This document shows positions 18,547-29,004 of a stretch of 64,000 nucleotides of DNA, one piece after another. How positions within the stretch are numbered: the stretch's first letter is position 1; each line of letters opens with the position of its first letter. Both the position numbers and the translations under genes were made by a program. Under the pieces are notes generated by a model that worked only from the letters and a program-made list of their open reading frames with translations, was not told the DNA's origin and searched no databases. Source of the stretch: Clostridiales bacterium (GTDB lineage: Bacteria > Acidobacteriota > Aminicenantia > Aminicenantales > UBA8522); assembly GCA_029907205.1 (NCBI GenBank), contig JARYMI010000016.1, forward strand, positions 959-64,958. The letters run 5' to 3'.

Positions 18547-21500
18547 ATGAAAAAGAGGCTGAAGAAGGCTTTCCTCGTCCTAGGAAGCATCCTGCTGTTT
18601 TTCCTGCTGGTCATCGTCATCGCTTCCCTGCTTTTTTTCTACCGGAAGCCCCTCATCAAGAGAATCGTAGAAAAACAGGTTGAAAAGCAGACGGGAATCC
18701 GTGTCGCCGTTGGAACTCTGGATTATTGGCTGTTTCCGCTGAGGATTGAAGCTGGCTCAGTCATGTTCAAAACGAAACTAGAAGAAACAGAAGTCGATGT
18801 TTTTGTCGGGAGGCTTATACTCAGAGGCGATATCCATCGCATCAGGAAAAAGGCGAGACCCTATTTTGAATCAATCGAGGCGGAGGGCGTCCGGATTATC
18901 TCTTATGTGGGGAAGGCCCGAAAAAAGATCGCCGTCGAAGACATCCTCCATGGCTTATCTTCAGGGATGAGCTACGTCAGAAAAATAGGCCTTAGAAACT
19001 CCTCTTTTAAGTTCATTTTTTCCAAACAAGAACTATCTTTTCAAGAAGTGGAGATCACTCTGTCATCATCCTGGAATCAAGAATCTATTGCCTATACCCT
19101 GCTCTGCCAGAAGGCCCAGGGAATTTTTCAATCCAAATCAGCTCAATTCCAAAACGCGATTCAGGCGTCCGGGACCCTGTTCCCCGGGGAAAAACCGGCC
19201 ATAAAGGGCGGGTTTGTTTTCACATCGAACCGTCTCGCTTACGCTGCCAAAGAAGAATATTTCGAAAAAATCACCGTGAATTTTGATGGAGCATTCGACT
19301 GGAGCAAAGAGGAATTTATCTTTCAATCGCTACAGGTCGAAATCCCGTCCTTCACGAGCCTCACGGGATCCCTTGATATTATTCTCAAAGACGAGTTGAC
19401 CTTTTCCATTCGCCCCCGGCTCCAAGTTGAAGACCTCGGCCGATTTTATCACCTAGTTAAAGACCGTTTGCCCCGGGAGTTCGAGGGGCTGGAGCTTCAA
19501 GGCAGCGCACTTTTTGAAGGAGAGGCCCGCATAAAGCCTCCAGATCCCGGGAAAAAGCTAAGCCTCAGCGGGCTGGTTGTGCTGAACCCTTCCCGTATCA
19601 AATTTCGGACCGCCGAATATCAACTTGACTGTCCCGTTTCAGGGGATTTCAGGATCGCCAGATTCCCGGACGATCCTGAGATATCCGGCCGCCTGAAGAT
19701 TTCCGATGGCTCTTTAGCTGGAAAAGCTGTGGAAGCCCATGGAATAGGACTCGATATTCCCTTTGTTTATGACCATAAAGAATCAATACTCAACATCGCG
19801 AGTTTAAAAGCCGGCGCTTTTCGCCTGGATATTCCTTACACGAAAATAAAAACAAACACTCCTAGGTTTTTTGGGCAGGGATTTCTGGATCTTAAGAAAA
19901 AGAGGCTCCATATTTTGCGGGCAAATGTCGAGGTGGACCCTTTCCCGGTGTTTTACATCAAAGCGCAGGCCGGTCTCAGCCCTCAGGATGCCAAGTCGTT
20001 TTCCGTTAAGAGTTCACAAATCAGCTTCCAGTCAGTGATGGATTTTTTCTCTTTCGCCGTTCCAAAGAAAGTCATGGATTGGGAACCTGACGGGCGGTTG
20101 AACGTTCAAATCGAAGCTCGCCATCCTTCCGGAGAAAAGGAAAAGGGCTGGCACGTAGCGGCAGAACTTGAATCCCTCGACGTGAAATTCCATGACCCTT
20201 CCTTCACGGCGGCCGGAGAAGCTCTCCGCGCGAAGCTTACCCTGGAGGGAACCCTCCGTCGTCCTTTGAAAGAAATTCTGTTCAGGGCAAGGATGGAGCT
20301 TTACCGGGGGGAATCTCTCTGGAAGGACTTTTATGTGGACTGGAGCAGGATGCCTCTTCAGAGTACTGTGATCGGCCGGTTTGACATTCCGCAGAAAAAA
20401 CTGACAGACTTCTCCCTGGGACTGGCCATTCCTGGTTTCGGCGAGATTGATGCAACAGGCCGGCTCGATTTACAGGAACCCCGTTTCGCTGATCTAAAAG
20501 TCACGGCCTCAGCGTTTCAACTCGCCGCTCTGTCCGCTTTCTTCAACCAGAGAAGAGCAGCCGGCCAAACGCAGGGGGAATGGAAAGGCGAGGCGGAGAG
20601 CCGCGTCAATGCCAGGTTCGATAAAAACGCTCTCTCCATCCTTGGATTTCTCAGGGTGAAGGATACGTCATGGACCGATGAAGCCAGGAATTTGGCAATA
20701 CAGGGAATAGAGGCGCATCTCCCTGTGCATTACGATTCTAAACCCAGATACGGAGAGGCGGATATCCCTTCTCCGGAAGACGGATATCTCCATGTGCAAA
20801 AAATTCGTGCTCCCTATCTGGACCTGTCGTCGCTGAGGCTGGACATCAAAGGCAGAAGAAACGGCTACTCGATCCAGCCTTTCGCGCTCGAGATATTCGG
20901 CGAGGAGGCCAGGGTGGGCGAGATATCTATCGAGTACCGGTCCAACCCGTCGGATTTTAAGGCTCTGACTTCGTTTTCCTGGATGGACGGAGATCTTTCC
21001 CAGGCTCCGTTTTCCTCCCGGGATTTCCAGCTCGAAGGAAAGTTATCCCTGGATCTTCCTCGTGTCGCAATCTCGCCGGACCTCGTGTCGACCGAGGGCG
21101 TAGCCAGGGCAAACGCATTCGGAGGAACGATCGCCATCAAAAACATCCAGATGGAAAGACCGTTCACCAAAAACAGGACGATTTCCTGCGATGTCGCGTT
21201 AGCGGAACTGGACCTTGAAAAAATCACGGATTCGATCCCGTTCGGCCGCGTCACGGGAATCATCAACGGAGAAATCCAGGACCTTGCCCTGTCCTACGGG
21301 CAGCCCGAACGCTTTGACATCCGTATCGAATCGGAAAGGAGAAAGGGAGTTCAGCAGAGATTCAGCGTGAAGGCCACAGACGATCTGACCATTCTCGGCA
21401 CGGGCGAAAGAACGGCCTTGTCTTCCCGGAGCGGATGGACCCGATTCGTCCGAGAATTCAGATATGACAAAATCGGGATCGCGTGTTCCTTGAAAAACGA

Positions 21501-21669
21501 CATCTTCTCTCTTCAGGGAACGATCTGGAGGAACGGAGTCGAATATCTCGTCAGAGGAACCGGCCTTTTCGCCATTAACGTGGTGAACAAACAGGCCCGG
21601 AATCAAATCCGTTTCAAGGATATGCTGAACCGGCTCCAGAGAATAGGCCAATCAAAACAATCCCCATGA
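18547..21669 (+). CDS. AsmA/YdbH-like large periplasmic beta-groove protein
   Basis: N-terminal TM anchor (MKKRLKK...), long beta-rich body, C-terminal FGG.I, G..TG...G, F.Y..IG; adjacent to a YdbL-like gene. Confidence 0.7.
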   Translation: MKKRLKKAFLVLGSILLFFLLVIVIASLLFFYRKPLIKRIVEKQVEKQTGIRVAVGTLDYWLFPLRIEAGSVMFKTKLEETEVDVFVGRLILRGDIHRIRKKARPYFESIEAEGVRIISYVGKARKKIAVEDILHGLSSGMSYVRKIGLRNSSFKFIFSKQELSFQEVEITLSSSWNQESIAYTLLCQKAQGIFQSKSAQFQNAIQASGTLFPGEKPAIKGGFVFTSNRLAYAAKEEYFEKITVNFDGAFDWSKEEFIFQSLQVEIPSFTSLTGSLDIILKDELTFSIRPRLQVEDLGRFYHLVKDRLPREFEGLELQGSALFEGEARIKPPDPGKKLSLSGLVVLNPSRIKFRTAEYQLDCPVSGDFRIARFPDDPEISGRLKISDGSLAGKAVEAHGIGLDIPFVYDHKESILNIASLKAGAFRLDIPYTKIKTNTPRFFGQGFLDLKKKRLHILRANVEVDPFPVFYIKAQAGLSPQDAKSFSVKSSQISFQSVMDFFSFAVPKKVMDWEPDGRLNVQIEARHPSGEKEKGWHVAAELESLDVKFHDPSFTAAGEALRAKLTLEGTLRRPLKEILFRARMELYRGESLWKDFYVDWSRMPLQSTVIGRFDIPQKKLTDFSLGLAIPGFGEIDATGRLDLQEPRFADLKVTASAFQLAALSAFFNQRRAAGQTQGEWKGEAESRVNARFDKNALSILGFLRVKDTSWTDEARNLAIQGIEAHLPVHYDSKPRYGEADIPSPEDGYLHVQKIRAPYLDLSSLRLDIKGRRNGYSIQPFALEIFGEEARVGEISIEYRSNPSDFKALTSFSWMDGDLSQAPFSSRDFQLEGKLSLDLPRVAISPDLVSTEGVARANAFGGTIAIKNIQMERPFTKNRTISCDVALAELDLEKITDSIPFGRVTGIINGEIQDLALSYGQPERFDIRIESERRKGVQQRFSVKATDDLTILGTGERTALSSRSGWTRFVREFRYDKIGIACSLKNDIFSLQGTIWRNGVEYLVRGTGLFAINVVNKQARNQIRFKDMLNRLQRIGQSKQSP

Positions 21670-21736
21670 CCGGGTTCCGTGATTTTGCTATACTAATAAA
21701 ATGAGAAAAATGAGCTTTTCAGGAAGGGAGGTCGCC

Positions 21737-22312
21737 ATGCGAAAATTTTCGCCTGTGTTCACAATTTTCATCATCCTGTTTGTTCTGGCCATTGCCTGCG
21801 TGACCATCAACATCTATTTTCCTGAGGCGGCCGTGCAAAAAACGGCGGAGGAGATCGTGGACGAGGTGAGAAAATCCGGGCAGGAAGGCAAAAAAAAGGA
21901 GGAAAAGAGTGTGAGCCAATCCGCCTTCTCTCTCATTCCCGCTGTGTATGCACAGGAAGAGGAAACGGTCTCCACCCCGAAAATCCGCGCCCTGAAGCAA
22001 TCCCTGAAGGACAAAGAACCCCTCCTCAAGCCCTTCTTCGATCAGGGCCATATCGGAGAAGCCAACAACGGGATGATCCAGATCCGCAGCGAGGAGGGCC
22101 TCTCCCTGAAGGATAAAGCGGAATTGAGGCGCCTGACGAAAGAAGTAAACAGCGAAAGGGAAACTCTGTACGCGGAGGTTGCCAAAGCGTTAAACATCGA
22201 AGAAAGCCAGGTTCCGAGGATACAGAAAATATTCGCCAGACGCTGGATCGAAAACAGCCCTCCCGGCTGGTGGATTCAAAACGATGACGGAGAATGGATC
22301 AGGAAACAATAA
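21737..22312 (+). CDS. YnbE-like lipoprotein fused to a YdbL (DUF1318) domain
   Basis: LAIAC-VTINIYFPEAA, GHIGEANNG, N..R..LY, PGWWIQ...G.W..K; GGAGGT RBS. Confidence 0.85.
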   Translation: MRKFSPVFTIFIILFVLAIACVTINIYFPEAAVQKTAEEIVDEVRKSGQEGKKKEEKSVSQSAFSLIPAVYAQEEETVSTPKIRALKQSLKDKEPLLKPFFDQGHIGEANNGMIQIRSEEGLSLKDKAELRRLTKEVNSERETLYAEVAKALNIEESQVPRIQKIFARRWIENSPPGWWIQNDDGEWIRKQ

Positions 22313-22328
22313 ACCTTCCAAATTGATC

Positions 22329-22482
22329 GGGTGACAGCATACATAATTACCAAATTTCCAAAAGAGAGATTCAACAAACGGTGGGCATCGCCAAGAAGAC
22401 GCCGGTGCTTGCTTCGACTGATCAACAGATCGGCAGTCTGCGGCGCAAAAAATTAAGGTAATTATGTATGGCGTCCCCAATT
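22329..22482. mobile_element. 154-bp MITE-like element bounded by repeat copies 8 (forward) and 9 (reverse)
   Basis: gggtgacagcatacataattacc ... ggtaattatgtatggcgtccccaatt. Confidence 0.85.
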
Positions 22483-23889
22483 TTGAGGCGATTTTTCAAG
22501 CCCGGAAACATCATGGTCGACCGGGACGGCCAGGCGCGGATCATGGATTTCGGGATCGCCCGCTCGCTCAAGGGCAAGGGCATCACCGGTGCCGGAATGA
22601 TGATCGGGACGCCGGAATACATGTCGCCCGAGCAGGTCGAGGGCAAGGAGGTCGACGAGCGGTCGGACATCTATTCTCTCGGCGTCATTCTTTATGAAAT
22701 GGTGGCGGGGCGGGTGCCGTTCGAAGGCGAAACTCCTTTCACGGTCGGCGTGAAACACAAGAGCGAAGTTCCCCGGCCGCCCAAAGAGCTCAACGTCCAG
22801 ATTCCCGAGAGCCTCAACCAGGTGGTTTTGAAATGCCTGGAAAAAGACAAAGATAGGCGGTATCAAAGCGCCACAGAACTGAAAGGGGAATTAGGGCTGA
22901 TCGCAGAGGGAATGCCGGCTGCGGCGAAAGCGATTCCAAAGAGGAAGGCATTCACGTCCAGAGAAATTACAGTAACCGTGGGAGTGAAAAAGCTCGTCGT
23001 TCCCGCAGTCGCTCTCGTCGCCCTTGTTGTTCTGGCCGCCGTCCTCTGGCGTATCATCCCGAAAAGGAAGGCGTTGCCAATCCCAACGGACAGACCTTCT
23101 ATCGCCGTCATGTATTTCAAAAACAACGCGGGCGATTCGGGGCTCAACCACTGGCAGACCATGCTACCCAACCTGCTCGTCACCGACCTCACCCAATCGA
23201 GGTTCATTCGCGTCCTGAGCGAGGACAGACTCGGTCAAACCGTATGGGTGAGAGGCTTACTGATCGGTTTATCTTACCTTGAGCGAACTTCAGGACGTCC
23301 GGAAGCCGCCCTGGTAGAGCTGGATAAAGCCTGGACCAGCGCGGTCGCGGAAGACAGCTTGTGGGATCAAAGAGATATTCTGCTCAGTCAGGGGCTGGCG
23401 CATCTGGCGATGAAATCCATACGCCAAGCCCAAGATGTGACCGCCAAGCTGGAGGCGGCGGTCGCCCAGGCGCCCAACAAAAAACTCATCTGGTACTCTC
23501 ACTATCTGATGGGGATGATCGAGCTGGAAAAAAAGAACTATGCCAGGGCTATTGAACTGTTCAAGCTGGGATTGCCTTTGTTGGACGCGGATTCAGGAAA
23601 TCGCCTTTTATTTGCTGACGCAACGGGCACGGCCTTTTATGAATCGGGTGATCTCAACAGCGCTCGGCAGGAGTATCAGAGAATCATTTCTATGAATATC
23701 GGCAGGTTTGATTACGGCGACATCTATGCCAAAGCCCATTACCAACTTGGAAAAATCAGCGAACAGCAAGGAAAAAAGGCCGAGGCCGGAGAGCATTACC
23801 GGAAATTCCTTTTCCTCTGGAAGGATGCCGACTCCGGCCTGCCCGAAGTCGAGGACGCTCGCAAATCGCTGGCTCGTCTTCAGCCGTGA
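22468..23889 (+). pseudogene. N-terminally truncated, internally deleted Ser/Thr kinase-TM-TolB-like-TPR gene
   Basis: Homology starts at KPGNIM (no G-loop, VAIK or HRD); DFG, GTPEYMSPEQ, SDIYSLG, TM helix, SIAVMYF, TPRs, LWKDAD tail. Confidence 0.8.
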
Positions 23890-24782
23890 CCGTCTCGCCT
23901 TATCACCCTTTTCGATCGGAAAAAGCCAGGCAGCGCTTTCTGGGGGTATATCAGCAGGGGGCGGAAAAATGGCCGGTGCCCTCGACCACCAGGATGGTTG
24001 AGACTTCTTTTGGCCAGACTTTTGTCAGGGTGAGCGGACCTCCGGATGCTCCTCCCCTCGTGCTGCTCCACGGCATTGACGGCAATTCGCTTCAGTGGAT
24101 CCCGAATATCAAAGCTTTATCCGGTTATTTCAGGGCCTACGCCGTTGACGGCATCTATGATTGCGGCCTGAGTGTCTATGCGCGTTTCTTTGAAGGTCCG
24201 GAAGACTTTACAAGCTGGCTTGATGAGTTGTTCGATGCTCTTGAGCTCAAAAATAAAATCCGTCTGGTTGGGCTTTCTTACGGCGGCTGGCAGGCCATCC
24301 ATTATGCCCTTCGCTTTCCCCAAAGGCTCGGTAAACTTGTGCTCCTGGCGCCAGCGGGAACGGTCCTGCCGATCCGTCTCATATGGCTCGTCAGAGCTGC
24401 TTTCTGCGCCATTCCCGTTCGTTACTTCGCCAGGAGTTTTATTTACTGGATTCTCCAGGATGCCGTGAGAAAAGATGAAACCACCCGGAAAATGGTCGAT
24501 GAATGGGTGGAATTTTCTTATGCGGCCATGAGGAGCTTCAAACCCAGGCGCCTGGTCAATCCGGCTGTTCTCAAAGACGAAGAATTGCGAAGTCTCAGAG
24601 TGCCGGCCCTCTTTTTGGTCGGTGAAAACGAGAAGCTTTATTCTGCCCGAAAAGCGATCAGGCGCCTCAATCGAGTAGCTCCCCAGATTAAGACAGAGCT
24701 CATTCCCGGCGCCGGCCACGACCTCACCATTGCCCGGGCGGAAATGGTCAACAGAAAAATCCTGGAGTTCCTCCTATCTTAG
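23886..24782 (+). CDS. Alpha/beta hydrolase
   Basis: LLHG, GLSYGG nucleophile elbow, GE.E, GAGHD. Confidence 0.9.
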   Translation: MTVSPYHPFRSEKARQRFLGVYQQGAEKWPVPSTTRMVETSFGQTFVRVSGPPDAPPLVLLHGIDGNSLQWIPNIKALSGYFRAYAVDGIYDCGLSVYARFFEGPEDFTSWLDELFDALELKNKIRLVGLSYGGWQAIHYALRFPQRLGKLVLLAPAGTVLPIRLIWLVRAAFCAIPVRYFARSFIYWILQDAVRKDETTRKMVDEWVEFSYAAMRSFKPRRLVNPAVLKDEELRSLRVPALFLVGENEKLYSARKAIRRLNRVAPQIKTELIPGAGHDLTIARAEMVNRKILEFLLS

Positions 24783-24803
24783 AAGCTCTGGGCAATCTTT
24801 TCC

Positions 24804-27800
24804 CTACTTCTTGACGCGGACCGGAAAGGGAGGCCGCCGAAGCTTTGGCGGCGGGTTCTTCTTGAGCAGGTCCATGACGACCTCGATCGCTTTCTCGAGT
24901 TGAGGATCGCGGCCGGCTATCATGTCAGCGGGCGTAATCTCCACCTCGATATCCGGCGGAACTCCCTCGTTCTCCACCACCCAGCCGTCTTCTGTCCAGA
25001 TGGCCAGGTTCGGTGCGGTCACCACTCCTCCATCCATGAGCACGGGGAATCCAAGCGTCCCAACCAACCCTCCCCACGTGCGCTTCCCGATAAGCGGGCC
25101 GAGGCCGAACTTGCGGAACATCCAGGGCAGCAAGTCTCCTCCCGAGCCGGCAGTCTCGTTGATAAGCATGACTTTCGGCCCCTGGATGGATGCACTCGGC
25201 GTTTTCAAATCAGCGCCGTAACGCATGGCCCACATGGAGATATAGGGCTTTCGCAGGTGGTCGATGTAGTAATCCGCCACCTGGCCGCCGCCGTTATGCC
25301 TCTCGTCGACGATGATGGCATCCTTGTGGGCCTGGGGGAAGAAATAGCGCTTGAAGTACACATGGCCTAAGGTCGACGTGTTTGGGACATAGACATAGGC
25401 GACGCGCCCTCCTGTCGCCTCCTCGACTTTCCTAAGGTTTCCCTCGACCCAGTCCCTGTTTCGTAGAGCGGCCTCGTTGGCGATGGGCACAACCTCAACG
25501 GTTCTTGAACCTGTGCCGTCCGGTGCAGGTCCGACGGTGATTTCTATTATTTTTTCAGCCGTGTTCTCGAGGGCGCTGAAGAGGTTCACAGGCGGCCGCA
25601 GATCCTTGCCGTTAACGGCGAGGAGATATTCCCCTGCCTTGACATCCACTCCAGGCTCAGTCAGGGGCGAACGGAGCTCGGGATTCCAGTTCAGCCCTCC
25701 ATAGACTTTCTTGAACCGATAGCGGCCGTTGGCGATTTCGTAATCGGCGCCAAGAAGCCCAACCGGCACGCTCTTCGGCTCAGCGAAGGAATCTCCTCCG
25801 CCGACCCGGTGATGGCCAACCGCGAGCTCGCTACACATCCACTGAATAAGCCTGTTGAGGTCGCTCCGGCAGGAAAGATGGGGCAAAAACTCAGCATATT
25901 TTTCCTTCATGGCTTTCCAGTTGCAGCCGTGCATGTTGGGATCGTAAAAATAATCGCGGTTTATGCGCCAGGCCTCATGGAAAATTTGCGGCCACTCCAC
26001 TCGGGGGTTAATCTTGACTTCAATACTATCGACGTTAATTTTACCCTGTCCGGACTGGATTTTCCCCGAAAGCGCAACTATCCCCCAGGTTTCCCTCGAG
26101 ACATAGAGCATCTTCTTCTTGTCTGCAGAGAGAATGTACCCGTTGATGCCTTCCATCACAATTTCATCCTTGCGCGTCTTCAGGTCGAATTTATGCAGCT
26201 TTGCACCTTCTGCTCCCGGCCCAAAAGCGCTGATGGCCCGGGGGGGATATTCTAAATAATAAACATGACCAGACTCGCCAACCTGAAGGTTGCGGTAACT
26301 CCCTGCGCTCACGGGAATGGCCACAATCCTCTGATTGATCCCTTCAAAATCAATGGAAACGGCCTCTTCTTTTTTCTTTGCCGGCGCTGGCTCGGTTTTT
26401 GCCTCTTTCCCAACCTGCGCGGCTTTTTCTTCTCTGGCCTTTTCTTTGTTGGCTTTTTCCTCGATGATTCCCTTCTCTTCATCGCTTTCCTTGGCCAGAG
26501 GGTTGGGCAGATCTTTCTTCAGGACAGCCATGTAGAGAGAGTTCGTCAGGGTCATGTCGGCATTCGACATATCAAACCATTGTTTCACCGGGCCAGCGTC
26601 GGTCGAAGAGAAAAAGTAGAGGTATTTACCGCCCGGGTCAAACACAGGCTCGCTGACCTCGCTCAACCCGTCCGTGACAGCGAAAGACTTATCTTTCTCG
26701 AGAGAATAAACATAAACCTTCTGGATGTAGGCCTGGGTGTTGAGGGTGTAAACAATCCATCTGGAATCGGGCGCCCAGGAGGAATAGACGCTGCGAATTC
26801 GCGTCGGGCCGTAAAGATATTCGGAGCCAATCTTTTTAGAAACGCCAGTTTTCAGGTCAATCCAATAAAGGCTCCAGGAATTGTCGGCATAGGAGATTTT
26901 CTGGCTATCGGGAGACCAGACAGGGGCATCATAAAAACCGGCACCGCTGAGCTTATATTTTTTCACTTCTCCCTTGCCGTCTTGACTGCGCACGTGGAGC
27001 TCGTACTCCCCGGATTCATCGGAAAAATAGGCGATGGCTTTCCCGTCCGGAGACCATGCCGGAGAGCGCTCATGGACGCCAGGGGTCAAGGTGATGTTCC
27101 GGAAATCGCCCTTTTCGGCGGGAAGCGTGATGATCTCGCCGCGGAACTCGAAAACCGCTCTCGCGCCCGTGGGAGAGATGGAAGCATTTCGGATATAGCG
27201 AGCGCCTTTGACGAACCTTTCGCGGATCTCGAGGAGGTCAGCGGCCACGCCGATCGTAAGCCTGGAGCTTTTTTGCGCCTGCGGGTCGAAGATATGGAGG
27301 TATCCTCCCTGTTCGTAGATGATTTTTCCGGCGCCGCAGGAAGCGCTGACGATGGGGAAATCTTCGTGGCGCGTGAGCTGCTGGATCCTCTTCGTTTTCG
27401 TATCATAAGAGAAAAGGTTGAACTCTCCGTTCCGGTCTGACCTGAAATAAATCTTGTCTCCGATCCACATCGGGTTGACATCGTTTGAGCGTCCTTCGGG
27501 CTGAGGAATTTCTTCGACGCTGTGGTCACGCCGGTTATAGATCAAGATAGTCGATGCCTGGCCGCCGCGGTAATTTTTCCACTGGACAAAGGCATCGGCC
27601 AGGGGGTTATAGGCGATCCGTGTTCCATCTGGCGAATAGGCCGCCCGAAAGACATAGGGAATTTCAAGCTGCTCGGGGAAGCCTCCCTCGACAGGAACCG
27701 TGAAAAGATGATTCCATGCTCGGGTGAAGGCATAGCGGGCCGAGGTAAAAAGAACAGATTTCCCATCGGGCGTGAACCCCTGAACCATATCAGGATAGGG

Positions 27801-28136
27801 ATGCCAGGTGAGCCGCCTGGGAATGCCCCCTTCAGCGGAAAGGATGTAAACATCCGTGTTTCCCTCGTACTGGGCGCTGAAGGCAATCCATTTTCCATCC
27901 GGGGAGAAAACCGGGTTGGATTCCAGGCCAAGGTCGGATGTCAGCTTGCGGGGGTTTTTCCCGTCTGTGTCCGCCGTCCAGAGGTCGCCGGCATAGGCAA
28001 AGGCAATCGCCGTTGCGCTTAGGGCCGGCTGGCTCAAAAACACCGTGTCCTTTGTATCGATGGCTGGAAGGAAAAGAGTGGCGGATAAGAACATGGTTGA
28101 GAAGAAAGCGAAAAACGAAAGAATTCTGGACTTCAT
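24804..28136 (-). CDS. Tricorn-like S41 protease (beta-propellers, PDZ)
   Basis: PD40-like FSPDG repeats, D.R.NGGG, GSGGD, GKRTWGG, ENEGVPPDIEV; signal peptide; AAGGAGG RBS. Confidence 0.96.
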   Translation of the reverse strand: MKSRILSFFAFFSTMFLSATLFLPAIDTKDTVFLSQPALSATAIAFAYAGDLWTADTDGKNPRKLTSDLGLESNPVFSPDGKWIAFSAQYEGNTDVYILSAEGGIPRRLTWHPYPDMVQGFTPDGKSVLFTSARYAFTRAWNHLFTVPVEGGFPEQLEIPYVFRAAYSPDGTRIAYNPLADAFVQWKNYRGGQASTILIYNRRDHSVEEIPQPEGRSNDVNPMWIGDKIYFRSDRNGEFNLFSYDTKTKRIQQLTRHEDFPIVSASCGAGKIIYEQGGYLHIFDPQAQKSSRLTIGVAADLLEIRERFVKGARYIRNASISPTGARAVFEFRGEIITLPAEKGDFRNITLTPGVHERSPAWSPDGKAIAYFSDESGEYELHVRSQDGKGEVKKYKLSGAGFYDAPVWSPDSQKISYADNSWSLYWIDLKTGVSKKIGSEYLYGPTRIRSVYSSWAPDSRWIVYTLNTQAYIQKVYVYSLEKDKSFAVTDGLSEVSEPVFDPGGKYLYFFSSTDAGPVKQWFDMSNADMTLTNSLYMAVLKKDLPNPLAKESDEEKGIIEEKANKEKAREEKAAQVGKEAKTEPAPAKKKEEAVSIDFEGINQRIVAIPVSAGSYRNLQVGESGHVYYLEYPPRAISAFGPGAEGAKLHKFDLKTRKDEIVMEGINGYILSADKKKMLYVSRETWGIVALSGKIQSGQGKINVDSIEVKINPRVEWPQIFHEAWRINRDYFYDPNMHGCNWKAMKEKYAEFLPHLSCRSDLNRLIQWMCSELAVGHHRVGGGDSFAEPKSVPVGLLGADYEIANGRYRFKKVYGGLNWNPELRSPLTEPGVDVKAGEYLLAVNGKDLRPPVNLFSALENTAEKIIEITVGPAPDGTGSRTVEVVPIANEAALRNRDWVEGNLRKVEEATGGRVAYVYVPNTSTLGHVYFKRYFFPQAHKDAIIVDERHNGGGQVADYYIDHLRKPYISMWAMRYGADLKTPSASIQGPKVMLINETAGSGGDLLPWMFRKFGLGPLIGKRTWGGLVGTLGFPVLMDGGVVTAPNLAIWTEDGWVVENEGVPPDIEVEITPADMIAGRDPQLEKAIEVVMDLLKKNPPPKLRRPPFPVRVKK

Positions 28137-28494
28137 GCCAGCCTCCTTAAGAAAAATTTGTGTTAAACATACACATATGCCTCCAATTATATGCATATTA
28201 CGGTTTATGTCCACAAAGCGTTTGCCCTCAAATTTGCCGATAACGATTAGGCGTCAGTAAAAACGGCTTGGCTTTTAAAAGAATTCAGATGGTCCTAACA
28301 TATACTGCGAAATATATAAAGATTGATTCCGGATATATGGGGCAATTGGTGGAGTGGCCGGAATTTGAGCGGCTATGGGCATCACTCAAGGGCTTCAAAT
28401 AATCGTTCCAAAGAGACCGGTAAAAATCCTTCGAAAGCAAGGGATGGGCCGGCGCTTCCTGACACAAATGGGACAAATCAAATAAAGAGGGAGG

Positions 28495-28824
28495 TTAGCT
28501 CCGGCAGACCAACCCGTTCTTCTGGCATTTAATGACGGTCGGAGCTGATATCGAACAGGCGGCGGTATCCGTGTCGGCAAAAAGGATTTGGACAACATGC
28601 GTGCCGGCTGAAAGCGTCCATTCCTTGGTGCTTCCGGCCCCGACAATGCCATAGTTAATGCCGTTGATTATAATTTTGTAAGCCCTTCCTGATTGCGACT
28701 GGTTTTCGACATAAAAAATTCCCGTATTGTTTTTTTCACATTCTTCCATCAAGGCCTCGCAGGCCGGCATTAGGGCTAAGGAGATAAAAATCGATACGAG
28801 AAATATGGCGTTTTCTTTCTTCAT
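28495..28824 (-). CDS. Small Cys-containing putative lipoprotein
   Basis: Signal peptide ending LALMPAC, beta-rich mature part with several Cys; GAGGT RBS. Confidence 0.65.
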   Translation of the reverse strand: MKKENAIFLVSIFISLALMPACEALMEECEKNNTGIFYVENQSQSGRAYKIIINGINYGIVGAGSTKEWTLSAGTHVVQILFADTDTAACSISAPTVIKCQKNGLVCRS

Positions 28825-29004
28825 GGTCGACACCTCGGCTCTCAATAAAAATGCTTATTTGCAATGATGATGATTTTGCGACAGCGAGTCAATCACCCCA
28901 TGGGGGGATTTTGAAGGTGATTTTTCTCCCCCGCCCCCTAATCAGAAGGATATCCATGAACCTAAGAAGAGGTTAATGATCGCCTTGAAACAGGAAGGTC
29001 TCGG

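Noticed and set aside
223-22482. 26-bp repeats as a CRISPR array or transcription-factor sites
   Set aside because: Dispersed, in both orientations, with no regular spacers or cas genes. They are not palindromic and also occur at gene 3' ends.
26265-27440. 391-aa ORF antisense to the tricorn protease
   Set aside because: Shadow ORF from codon bias, with no motifs.
28157-28217. Imperfect AT-rich palindrome upstream of tricorn
   Set aside because: Many mismatches and no second copy; cannot be assigned as an operator.
28260-28490. Short ORFs between tricorn and the lipoprotein gene
   Set aside because: No RBS or motifs; conflicting overlapping frames.
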